From the human T2T-CHM13v2.0 reference genome, Homo sapiens, in assembly GCF_009914755.1 (NCBI RefSeq), contig NC_060925.1: a DNA stretch of 64,000 nt. The stretch is one strand, 5' to 3'. Both the position numbers and the translations under genes were made by a program. Positions 44,612-57,330 of the stretch are shown piece by piece (positions within the stretch are counted from its first letter, which is position 1; each line of letters begins with the position of its first letter). A model generated the notes under the pieces. That model was not told the DNA's origin. It saw nothing but the letters and a program-made list of their open reading frames with translations, and did no database searches.

Positions 44612-46535
44612 GCATTTTATTTATTTACTTTTATACTTTTAAATTTAATTTTAATTTTTAATTACCATGAATACTTAATAGTTGTCCATATTCATGAGGT
44701 ACATGTGATATTTTGATAGAAGCATATAATGTGTAATTATCAAATCAGGGTAATCAGAATATCTATCACCTTAATCATTTATCATTTCTTTGTGTTAGAA
44801 ACATTCAAATTTCACTCTTTCAGTTAAAATATACAAAATATTATTATTAACTGTAGTCACCAAATTGTGCTAGTGAATACTAAATTTTATTCATTCTATC
44901 TGACTGAATTTTTGTACCCATTAGCCATTTTGTCTTTTTTCAGTACCCCCTCCCTAATACCTTTCCTAGCCTCTGCTAACAATAATTCTACTCTCAATAT
45001 TCATGAGTTCAATTTTCTTTTAGCTTCCACATATGAGTGAGAACATGTAATATTTGTCTTTCTGTACTGGCTTATTCCACTTAACATAATGTCCTTCAGT
45101 TCCATCCATGTTGTTGCAAATGACAAGATTTTATTCTTTTTTATAGTTGGATAATTTTCCATTTTGCATATGTGCTGCATTTTCTTTATTCATTAATCCA
45201 TTGATGGAAATTTAGGCTGATCCCATGTCTTGGCTACTGTGAATAGTGCTTCAATAAACATGAGAGTGCAGACGTCTCTTTGATCGACTGATTTTCTTTC
45301 TTTTGAATATCTACCTAACAGTGGAATTGCTGGATCACATGGTAGTTCTATTTTCAGCCTTGTAAGTAACCTCCACACTGTTCTCCATAGTGGCTGTACT
45401 AATTTACATTCCTACCAACAGTGTATGAGGGTAAGTGTTTTCCTTTCTCCACATTCTCACCAGCATATTTTGGATAAAAGCAATTTTATCTGGAGTGAGA
45501 GATCTCATTAAAGTTTTGATTTTCATTTATCAGATGATTAGTGATGTTGAGAATTTTTCTCATATACCTGTTGGCCATTTTTATGTATCCTTTTGAGAAA
45601 TGTCTATTTAGAACTTTTGCCCATTTCTTAATCAGATTATTATTTTTTTCTATTGAGTTTTTTGAGCTTTTATATATGCTGTTTGTCAATCCCTTGTCAG
45701 ATGAATAGTTTGCAGACATTTTCTGCCATTCTGTGGGTTGTCACTCCACATTGTTAATTGTTTCCTTTGCTGTGCAGAAGCTTTTTTGCATAATGTGATT
45801 CTATTTATCTATTTTTGCTTTGGTTGCCTGTTCTTTTGAGGTCTTATTCAATAAATCTTTGCCAAACCAACATCTGGGAGGGTTTTCCCTATTTTTTTTC
45901 TAGTAGCTTCATAATTTCGGGCCTTGGATTTCAGTCTTTAATCGATTTTGATTTGAGTTTTGAATATGGCAAAAGATAGGGGCCTAGTTTCATTCTTTTC
46001 TTATGGATACCTAGTTTTCCTAGTACCATTTAGTGAAAGGACTTACCTTTGTCCAGTGTATATTCTTGGCATCTGTCTGTTTTGATGCCAGTACCATGCT
46101 GTTTTGGTTACTATAGCTTTGTAGTGTAATTTGAAGTCAAGTAATGTAATTATTTCAGCTTTGTTCTTTTTGCTCAGAATGGCTTTGGCTGTTCTGGGTC
46201 TTTTGTGTTTCTATATAAATTCTAGGATTATTTTTTCTATTTCTGTGAAGAATGTCATTGGTATTTTGATATGGATTGCCCTGAATTTATAGATTGCTTT
46301 GAGTAGTATGGACATTTTAACGATACTGATTCTTTCAATCCATGAACATGGAATATCTTTCCATTTGTTTTTTTTCCCCTTTTCAATTGCTTGCATCAAT
46401 ATTTTGTAATATTCATTATAGAGATCATTCACTTATTTGGTTAAGTATATTCCTAGGTATTTTATTTATTTGTAGCTCTTGTTAATGGGATTACTTTTGG
46501 GGTTTCCTTTACATATTATTCACTATTGGCATATA
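44612..46535 (-). mobile_element. 5'-truncated L1MA3/4-like element
   Basis: Antisense 3'UTR and ORF2 C-terminus; probable TSD gatatgttttt / gataggttttt. Confidence 0.88.
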
Positions 46536-47303
46536 GATAGGTTTTTATTTTATTAATTAAATAATACAAATATTTATTGAATCATTGTAATATTAATTGA
46601 AATGCGCTGTTTGACTTCAGCAGAGAAAAGGCATTTTTTTGAAGAGCATTTATCTATTGGTATCTTTAAGTGACCTTAATAATCTGTTAAGCAGTATAAA
46701 GCTACTTTATTTTCAGAAAGTATGAATATTCATTCTTTATCTCTTTTTGTTCCATATTACCTTCCTTTGTTCACTCTGCTTTTCATAGTTTCAATTATTT
46801 CAACTTTTCAAGCATTCTTATATCAATACCTCTGCCACCTTGTATATTTACATTTGCTTTCAGGTAATTCACTTGGATTCTAATAACCTCTCATATTTAT
46901 CATTTAGCATATTTTCAAGACATAGTATTAGTTTTTGTTGCTCTTTCATTGTATGCAACTAAATGAAGATATTCTACTTCATTTAGAATGAACTAAATGA
47001 AGAAGAAATTCTACTCAATGCCTCAACCAAGCTCCTCTGAAACTCAGGTCCTGAATGTTGACAATTGCCTATCCTCAGTCAGACACGGAAGAAGGCACTA
47101 AGATCAGTGTGAATCCATACCCCAAAACATAGATCAACAAAGAGATCCATCCCAGGGATCTGCTTACCTGAAGCAGAAGGTGCTGGACATCATAAGTAAT
47201 ATGATCACTTACTTTATTAGCAAATGTGTTGAATTCCTGTGGACTAGACTAGTGTGAGAGTTTGAAAAACCTAGGTTCACAATCAGAGGGGTGATCCACA
47301 CAA

Positions 47304-47332
47304 TTTTAGATCCTCACAGTGAGGATCTAAAA
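47304..47332. repeat. Perfect inverted repeat, 14-bp arms and 1-nt spacer
   Basis: TTTTAGATCCTCAC-A-GTGAGGATCTAAAA. Confidence 0.95.
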
Positions 47333-48686
47333 ACAATCTTCTGGTGTCCATGGCAGGGAGATAGGAAGATAAGACATGGTGAAAGTTCCCCAGATTCCTT
47401 ACCCAAACAAATGCCTATTCTGCAGGGGAAAAGATTTTGTTAGAACATTATATGAAAACCTTATTTGATCTGGCTACCTGGGAGAATTTCTATCCAACTT
47501 TGTCCCTCTCCAACTTACTTGTCTCATCTAAAGAAAAACAACAAAAGTGTACACAACAGGGAGCAAAATTCCAGGAAAATATATTGGGTCTGTCTGCTAT
47601 AGCCCAAGAAAAGAGCAACGTACAGTGAAGAAAGAGAGGCAAAAAGAGAAAAGCTAAATCCCTGGAGAAAGAAGAGGAATACTGGTAAAACCATATTCCA
47701 AGACATAGGCCCATGAAAATACTAAGGTTTTATCAGAAAATTAACATTTATTTTTAATAAAAACACTTCCCTCTCTCAAACCCTACCACCACACCAGAGA
47801 GCCTCCAATGGATTGCAGTTGAAGGAGTTGGAAGAGTCAGTCTTTATCTGAGTAGCAATACAAACAGAATCCTTTTCCTCCACCAAAAAAAAAAAAAAAG
47901 AGAGAGAGAAAGAAACAAAGACATAAGAGGAATTTTAATCTGAACTCCTAGCACAATTAACATAGATCTTTAACTAAAGGCCTATTCAGCTCAATATCCA
48001 TTATGCATGTATGGCTTTCAACAAAAAAATTACAAAACATACCAAAAGGCAAGGAAAAAAGTTAGAAGCTCAAAGCTATCATGAGAACCAGACTCACATA
48101 GGACACAATATTATCAGAAAATGAATTTTAAAATAATTATTATTGTTAGGGCCTCAAACAGAAAATGCAGCAAACATGCACGAGCAAATGGGTAATGTCA
48201 AGAGAGAGATGAAAACTAGAAGTAAAAAATGAAATGTAAAACTAGAAATAAAAAAGAGAAGGAGAAATGAATAATTTTCACAATGAATTCAACAGTTCAC
48301 TCAATGAACAAAAGGAAAAAAAAGCTATAAAATTGAAGATTTGTCAATGGTAACTTCTGAAACAGAAATGCAAAAAGAAAAAAGGTACAACTAGAACAAG
48401 ACATCCACGAACTGAGTTACAGTATAAAAAGTTGTAAAAGTAACAAAATTGGAAAAACAGAAAGAGACTAAAGAGAGAATGGTACAGGAATATTTGAAAT
48501 AATAATAACTCAGAACTTTCCAAAAAAAAAAAAAACAGTCTACAGATTCAGAAAGTTTATAGAACACTGAGCAGGATAAATACCAAACAATATACACCTA
48601 AGTATATGATATTCAAACTTCTAGAAGAACAGAAAAACTTGGAAGCCAAAAGGTTTAAAATCATTTTACTTATTAAAAAAACAAAT

Positions 48687-49335
<649 letters not shown>

Positions 49336-50970
49336 ATACAACTTATACAAGTAAGACAGTGGAATAAAATATTTAGTGTTGAAAGAAAAAATAAAACCAC
49401 AAACCAAGAATTCTTCTTCAAAAGTGAGGGAGAAATAGGGCTTTCCAAAAAAAAAAAAAAGGCAAAAAAAAAAAAAAAGGCAAATAAAGAAAAAAAAAAA
49501 AAACTTGAGGGAATTCATTACTAGCTAATTTGCTCAGTAAAGAATCTCTTCAGGCAGGAGGTAATATAGGCCAGAAAATGGAATCTATCTAAAGAAAAAA
49601 AAAACAGCATCAAACAAAAAATAAATGCAAGTAAAATAAAAATATTTAGTGTGTTATTCTTAAACGTAACTGCTTAAAGAAATAACACTAACAACGTATT
49701 CAGTGACTATTATATACAGATATGTGAGTTGAATGTCAGCAATGGCACAAAGGATGAAAGAAAGAATTGAGACTACTCTGTTATAAGCTACCTGTGCTAC
49801 AAATAAAGGGAAATGGTGTTATTTGAATGTACACTTAGATTATTTTAAAATGTATATTGGAAGCTCTAAGGCAATCTTTGATGTGTTTAAAAAATATAAT
49901 TAATATACTAAGAGAAGAGATAAAATGGAATTTTAAAAAGTGATCAGTTGAAACCTAGAAAGTCAGAAGGGATATAAGAAAACAGAAGATGAACAAAATG
50001 AACAGAAAGCAATTATTAAAATGGTAGGTTTAAATCCAACTATATCAGTTATCACTATACATGTGAATATTCTAAACATTGAATTTAAAAAGCAGATTAC
50101 TGGACTGAATTTTTTTTAAAAAAGCAACTATATGTTGTCTACAATAAACCCACTTTAAGTATAAAAATATTTATAATTTTATGTGTATTACTTAAATTTA
50201 AATATAATCTTCATTTAAAGTAACAATATAAAAAAATATAGAATCATAACACCAATCAAAACAGCACAGAAGTAGCTATACCAATTTGAAAAAGACTTCA
50301 AAACAAAGAAGATTATCACGAATAAAGAGAAGCATATAAAAATAAAGGGATCATTTAATCAAAATGGCATAACAATCCTAAATACGTGAGCACCTACCAA
50401 CAGAGCACCAAATCATATAAGGCAAAAAGTGATAGAACTAAAAGAAGGAATAGACAAATTAACTTTTTGTTGGAGATTTCAGCACATCTCTGTCAATAAT
50501 TGATACATCAGCTAGGCAGAAAATGAGTAAGGAAATAGATGACCTGAACAGCAGTATCAATCAATTTAATCTACTTGATAATTATATAATACTTCATCCA
50601 GAAATAGCAGAATTCACATTCTTCTCAAGCATAAATGGAATATTCACTGGTAGATTACATCTTAGCTATTAAAAACATTTTAATAAATTTAAAAGAATAG
50701 AAATTACACAAAGTATGTACTTTGATTATTGAAATTCATATTAACATACTGAAAAAGGAAAAAACATCATATTAAAAGATGCAGAAAACTTTATCACACA
50801 GTCGTGATAAAAACTGTCAAAAAAACTATAAATGGAGGTGTTTTTTAAAACTAATAAAGGGTATATACAAGAATATCCATAGTTAACATCATACTTAATA
50901 AAATGAGACTGAATGCATTCCTCTTAAGTTCAAAAGCTAAGTAGTAAGTCACCTATCAATATTCATATTA

Positions 50971-51010
50971 AACATCAGCTGAATGTCCTAAACATCAGCT
51001 GAATGTCCTA
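50971..51010. repeat. Perfect 20-bp tandem duplication
   Basis: aacatcagctgaatgtccta twice. Confidence 0.97.
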
Positions 51011-51932
51011 TCTAGTACAATGAAAAAGAATTTAAAAAGACATAGAGATTCAGAGGAAAAATTAAATGTGTCCTTAATTTCAGGTGACATGATTGGCTAT
51101 ATAGAACACTTCAAAGAATATAGAAAACTAATAGGCTGAGTATAATAAGGTCACTGAATACAAGGTCAATATACAAAAGTTGTTTGCTTTTTTTATGATC
51201 AGGCAAATAACAATTGGAAAATCAATTTTAAAAAATAAGTACAATTTACAATAACATCAAGAAAGTTCTTATGTATAAATAAAATCTGTACAGGATCTGT
51301 ATACAAAAAACCACAATCATGAAATAAATCAAAGGTTTAAGTAAAGGAAGAAATATTCTGTACTCATGGATTAGGATGCTCAATATTATTAAGTTGTCAA
51401 GTTTTTAAATACTATTTACAGATTCAATACAATCCTAATCAAAATCCCAGCAACCTTTTTCTATAGACATCAGCAAACAGATTTGGAAATTTATACGGAA
51501 GGTCAAAGCATGTAGTAAAGCAACAAAGTATTTAAAAAGAAGAACAAAGTTGGAGGACTCACACCACTTAATTTCAAGACATAATTTAAAGCTAGAGTAA
51601 TCAAGGCAGATCATTACTGGGGAAATAATAGTCACATAAATCAATGGAACAGAATAAAGAGGCCAGAAATAGATCTACACAAATAAAGTCAACTGATTAT
51701 TGACAAAAGCACAAAGATTTAATGGAAAAAGGCAAATTTTCCCACAAAGGTACTAAAACAATTGGGTATCCATCCACTTGTAAAAATTGAACCTAGGTAT
51801 AGGCCTCACAACTTGTACAGAAATTAACTCAAAATAGGCTATAGACTGAACAATATTCTAAAATAAAACATAGGAGGAAATTGGAGTAATCTTTGGTATT
51901 GAGGTCCATTTTTAGATACAACACTATATAAG

Positions 51933-54900
51933 TGTTGTAAGACTTTTCCTTAGTTCAGCTAAAGATGGAGTGCTTGTCCATCCCACAGCCATGAAAATTT
52001 AGGCTCACAGATGGGTTATAGCACGAGTAAATCAGGATTGTATTGGGTGAAAAGGGAACAAAAGAGGGAAACAGGGACTCTCGCAAGGCCAAAGTCCCTC
52101 CACTAGAGTGCTTCCTGCCTGGCAGTTTGAATCCCACACAGGAAGAAGGGGAGCTGGGCTCCTGCAAATGCTGTGAACTTCCTGAAGCTCCACCTCAGTG
52201 GGCAGGCTGGTAGGAGTTTTTGCAGGGCCCCCGTCCCACCTGGCTGTCTCATTCCCTCTCTAAAGAATGACATCTAACTGCCATTAGAAGAAGAATAAGA
52301 ACAAAGACCAAACTTAAATGCTTCCTGCTGAAAGCGGTGCTGTTTGGGGAAATGGGAGTCAGAGCTCCCTCTGAGGCTGATCTAAGTGTTCCCAGTAGAA
52401 GGGGCCATCGTCGGAGGCTCCAGTTGCATGACTGTTTGGAGTTTGATGGCCTGAAGGCAAGAACAGCCAAATGGGGTTATTAGAAAACATGTATCAAAAC
52501 AAAACAAGTTGAGGGACAAGGATAGCTCAAAAATTCTGAGGCCATTTACCAGTTTGCACAGGGAGAGGGAGGCCAAAAGCCCAGTTGTTTAAAAAAACCT
52601 TTACTCTTTTGCCAACTTTCAGACTTCTGGGTTCCCTTCCCCTGAGCCCAATCCTAAGCCAACCAGTTTAAGGTTTGGCAGATAACTCTTTCCAATTTGG
52701 AGGATGCATCTGAGAGGGGTGTCCCATAATATGGATACCCAATTACCTACTAATGAAGAGAGAATAGAGAAGGAGAAAGGAATAAAAAAAAGGTGTTTGT
52801 TCAAAGGAGTCCCAGGGGTTCAGGATGCATTCTAAAGGGGTACAGACTGAAAAGGAATGGCTACCCATCTAGAAAGAAGGGAGTAGTTCTCCCTGGTTCC
52901 TTCTCTTCCTAGAAGATACCCAGGGAATGTGAGGGAGAGAGGGAAGAGAGTCCTATTTCTGTCTTCCATCCTTGCATCCCTGAGTTCAGGCAACCCTGGC
53001 AGGTGTTGCCATGAGTACCAAAGCAGCTTGCACCCATGAAACAGGGGGACCTAGAGAATAGGAATTATCTGCTCTCACCTATCTCTCTTTTCCACCTACT
53101 GTCAGTAGCCTTGGCATTCTCTAGACCTCATTTATGCCATGGATATTAAAGTGGCCTTTATCCATGAAATAGGAAGCTTGGGGTTGGCTTAATCGGCAGG
53201 AATTAGCTATGCTTACCTGTGCTGTGCCTTTTAACCCCTATTGTCATCTGCCTCTGGATTCCTTAGATCCAGTTTTCTTCCCTAGGGCTTTGACCCAAGG
53301 CTTGGAATTGAGTCTGGGACAAAAATGTATCTCGGTTGTGGGTTGCATGGACTCCTTATCATAAGCTGAATGCTAAGGTGCAACTGTGGAACAAAGTCCT
53401 CCTCCAACAAAGGAGAGGAAAAGGTGTTTTGTGACACAACCAGATAACTGGTGGCTGTAGTTATGCTTGCTAGGATTTGGGTGCATGGTGCTTGACTTTG
53501 GTTAGCTCTCTTGGTTTTACTTTCCCAAAAGGAAACCTCCAGGTGATGGGCTCTCTATTTGTTCCCTATTTATCTCATCACCTGGCAGAATGTGCAGGAT
53601 AGTTGCTCAGAACTACAATATTGATCCAGATTTCTACATTACCCATCCCTCTTGTTCTTTCTGAACAGCACCCAGAGATTTCTGGTAGTTTCACAGGAAC
53701 AAGCAGGGTTAGTCTAAAACATAGGCAAAATTTAAAAACAACTAATGAGTTTAGAATTTAATGACAACTGTATGATAAGTTTGAAATATAATTTCTCTCT
53801 CTCCAATCCTCATTTTTGTTAAAAAATTATCATAAGACTGAATGGTTTGCAAAATAGACTTTAGTCTTATACTTAGCCTGATTATTTGCATGAAGTGCAG
53901 CAAGAATAATTATTTTTACATAGGCCTTTTGGATTGGCTTTAATGGAAGTTTGTTCCACAAGAAGTCTCAGGTAAGAACTGTTAAAGTTGAGCCCAACCA
54001 TGGGTTTGTGTCCTCAAACACCTGTGAGTTGGGTGCTTCTTGCCTGTTAAGGTCCCGAGATAAACCTGGAGCTCCTACACCTATTAGAAAGTGACATTCT
54101 TTACTGACCACAGGTCAGGAACCCTGTACAGAGACTGTGTAGATGGGGTAAGAGGCCAGTTTCCCCACTGGGCTTTTATTGGGTCTGCAAGTCAAGATTG
54201 ACTCCTTAAAGGAAAACATACCCTTCCAATCAAAGCCCTGGTAAAATAACCAATTATTCCAATTGTGTCCTGTTGCAAAAGAAAAATGTACTCTTATTGC
54301 ACTGATGCAAACAACTGTATTGCCATAAGTTAAGAATACTCATAGTTTCCAGATTCTAGAGGAACCAGGCAAAAAGAAACAAACACACTCCAAATTTTGG
54401 TCACAGGAGTGTATACCTTACTTAATTATTAAAGGCCATACATAGTTCAAAATAAGATCCCTTTATGAAAAACAAAACAAGGATCGGCAATATTCCAAGC
54501 AAAAGTCAAAAAGATTTGCTTCAGCTTCCTGAGTTCAGTTCATTTAGTTAACTCTTGTTTTGCTTGATATTTGTGAGCATTTCAGCTCTTCATGAGTCCT
54601 GCACATTTTTCTGTATTCTAATGTCATAATATCCAAATTTATCAGAAGCCTCTATTTGAGTGTGCCTGTCGAAGTCCTACAGCTTATTATAAACCATGTT
54701 TTAAAAAGGATTATAACAAGATTACAACTGTCTGAGAATAGCAAAATGCAAGTATAGTTACAGTTAGAAACACAATTGACAAAGAAGTTTGGTTATCTCT
54801 GTGGTTTACAATAAGTTAACAAAACAACCTTAATTATAATTGATAGCATATACTCAGACATTAGAATTTTAGAAATCTCATACAATTTTGGAACATATAT

Positions 54901-56853
54901 TAGCATTATTCACAAAAATATAACCTAGAGAAGATTGAGCATCATTTTGGCAATCCCCTGTTCCTAAACATATAAAATAATCCTGCTTACCTCTCTTTTC
55001 GGGACACTTCAGGGGCCCTCTGAAGTATTGTAAAAGCCAGGTGCCAGGGAAGACAATTTTAAAACTGAAGTTTGATTTTGGGAAGGCTGTTAAGTGTGCA
55101 AGGTTTAAAACACTTGATATTATGAAATAGAATTCCAGATTACCATAAGTTATTTATTTTGCCAAAATGTTGACTCAGAAATTTTAAAGAAGCAAAAACC
55201 TTTCATAGCCCTTTACAAATTTTGCCAAAGAGCAGATTAGCACCTTGGGGAAACCTTGTTATGCTTTTATTTCAATGTTCAATTTAGAGAAAAACCATGT
55301 AATACCCTTTTTTGAATTTAGTCAATGTGTTCAAGCAGAGAATCTCTTCTGTAAGATTAATTTCCACAATCCTTCCACCACTTCTTTGAACCTTCAGTTT
55401 TTCCTAATTTAACTTAACACAATCCTTTAACACTATGCCAAAGTTTACATTTCCACATCTCCATATAACTTTTCACTATAAAACACATTTCACTGTTCTT
55501 ACACACCTTGCATGTAAATCTATTACTAGTACTTTCAATTAACTCCTAGCAATTTTTAACTTTAAGGTAAAACTTGGTAAGTTGCTTAAATTGTGTGCTA
55601 AGTACAGCCAAGGTTTGCCTTTTTAGTTAAGGGCGTGATAGGTTCCGTATATCCCCAGTACTTACCAGTTGTGAAGCCAGCAAGTCAAATAGTTCTCAAA
55701 AGCCAAAAAGTGGTTTGTAACCTGAAAGCACTTAGCAAACCTTGCATCTGACCTGCATTTTAACTATAGTCTTTAGGTCTATTTTTATTTTTCAAAGATT
55801 AAAGTCATGTGAGCTGAAAGGTACCACAGCTTTTACCTTCCTATAAAAAAAAGCATTTGATCCAAGCACTTCTCTTTCTTTAGGCCAAGTTAATTAGAGC
55901 TCTTTTTATAGACATTTCACACAACACGCACAGAGACAGGCAGAAGAAAACCCAGTCCCCACAATATCCCAGTCCCCACGAGATCCTTTTTCACAACCAA
56001 AACTTTACGGAGGGTACACACATTGGTAGTTGGAGGGCCTGGCTTAGTAAAAATGTCTTCTAAAAGGAAAAAAAAATTAAAGGTTAACTGCTGATGAGAT
56101 AGAGAAAGGGAAGAAAAAAACAGTTCAAAAATGCTTGGAGAAGAACCTCTTATTTTTTTGCAACTGGTTCCTCCACTAGGGAGAAAAATTTAAGCATAAT
56201 TTCTATTCCATAGAGTTAAACCCCTTGGCCAGGGAAGGGGAAGGCTGCAGCAGCGATGTGTGGCTGGAAACCAGCCAGCCAGCTGTGCAGGACCCTTGGG
56301 CCATGCATTCCAGCCCTGGTGGGAAGAGGGGAGTGGCGGGAAGCTGTTGCTCACTGGTGGGTCCTGAAAAAGGAAGAAAAAGGCCATGAAAAAGCCTGGG
56401 AGCAACACAGGTTGAAGGCATTGGTTTCCTCAGAAGTCCAAGAATGAAAAGGATTAGAAGCAACAGTAAGAGGTTTTGAGTCCCCATTTCACTCACCGCT
56501 TCTTGAGCCCCACATTGGGTGCCAAAAATGTTGCAGGACTTTTCCTTAGTTCAGCTAAAGATGGGGTGCTTGTCCCTCCCATGGCCATGAAAATTTACAG
56601 GCAACTTAAAGGGTAAGTAAAGCAGGGTTTTATTGTGTGAAAATGGAAAAAAAGAGGGAAACAGGGACCCTCACAAGGCCAGAGTCCCTCAAGTAGAGTG
56701 CATCCCACCCAGCAGTTTGAATCCCAGGTTTCACACAGGAAGAAGAGGGGCCAGGCCCCTCCCTGCTGCAAATGTCCTGAACTTCCCAACTCTCCACCTC
56801 AGTGGGCAGGCTGGTTGGAGTTTTCAGGTAACCTCTCCCGCCTGGCTGTCTCA
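51933..56853 (-). mobile_element. MER61 (ERV1, MER4 group) provirus: 3' LTR 51933-52251, ~4.3 kb non-coding internal region, 5' LTR 56529-56853
   Basis: Two homologous LTRs TGAGACAGCCAGG...AAAAGTC(C/T)T(G/A)CAACA; PBS, splice donor and polypurine tract in the expected positions. Confidence 0.9.
56507..56524 (-). promoter_or_regulatory. Primer binding site, tRNA-Lys(CUU)
   Basis: TGGCACCCAATGTGGGGC equals TGGCGCCCAACGTGGGGC with two CpG transitions, just inside the 5' LTR. Confidence 0.85.
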
Positions 56854-57008
56854 AAATTATACAATCTATGAAAGAGCAATTTGAAAAGTTGGGCTTTATT
56901 ATAAACTTTGCTCTGTGAAAGACCCTTGGAGAAAATATTTGCAAATGACATGTCTGGAAAAGAACTTGTGTCTAGAATATACAAAGATCTCTTAAAACCT
57001 AACAAGAA

Positions 57009-57330
57009 GGCCAGGCATGGTGGGTCACACCTGTAATCCGAGCACTTTGGAAGGCTGAGATGGGCATATCATGAGGTCAAGAGTTTGAGACTAGCCTTAC
57101 CAACATGGTGAAACCCCATCTCTACTAAAAATATAAAAATTAGCCAGGCATGGTGGTGCATGCCTGTAATCCCAGCTACTCAGGAGGGTGAGGCAGGAGA
57201 ATCACTTGAACCCAGGAGGCAGAGGTTGCATTGAGCTGAGATCATGCCAGTGTACTCCAGCCTGGGCAACAGAGTGAGACTCTGTCTCAAAAAAAACAAA
57301 CAAACAAACCAAAAGAAAAGAAAAAAAGAA
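57009..57330 (+). mobile_element. AluSg-like
   Basis: atcatgaggtcaagagtttgag; TSD aaaacctaacaagaa / aaaactaacaagaa. Confidence 0.93.
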
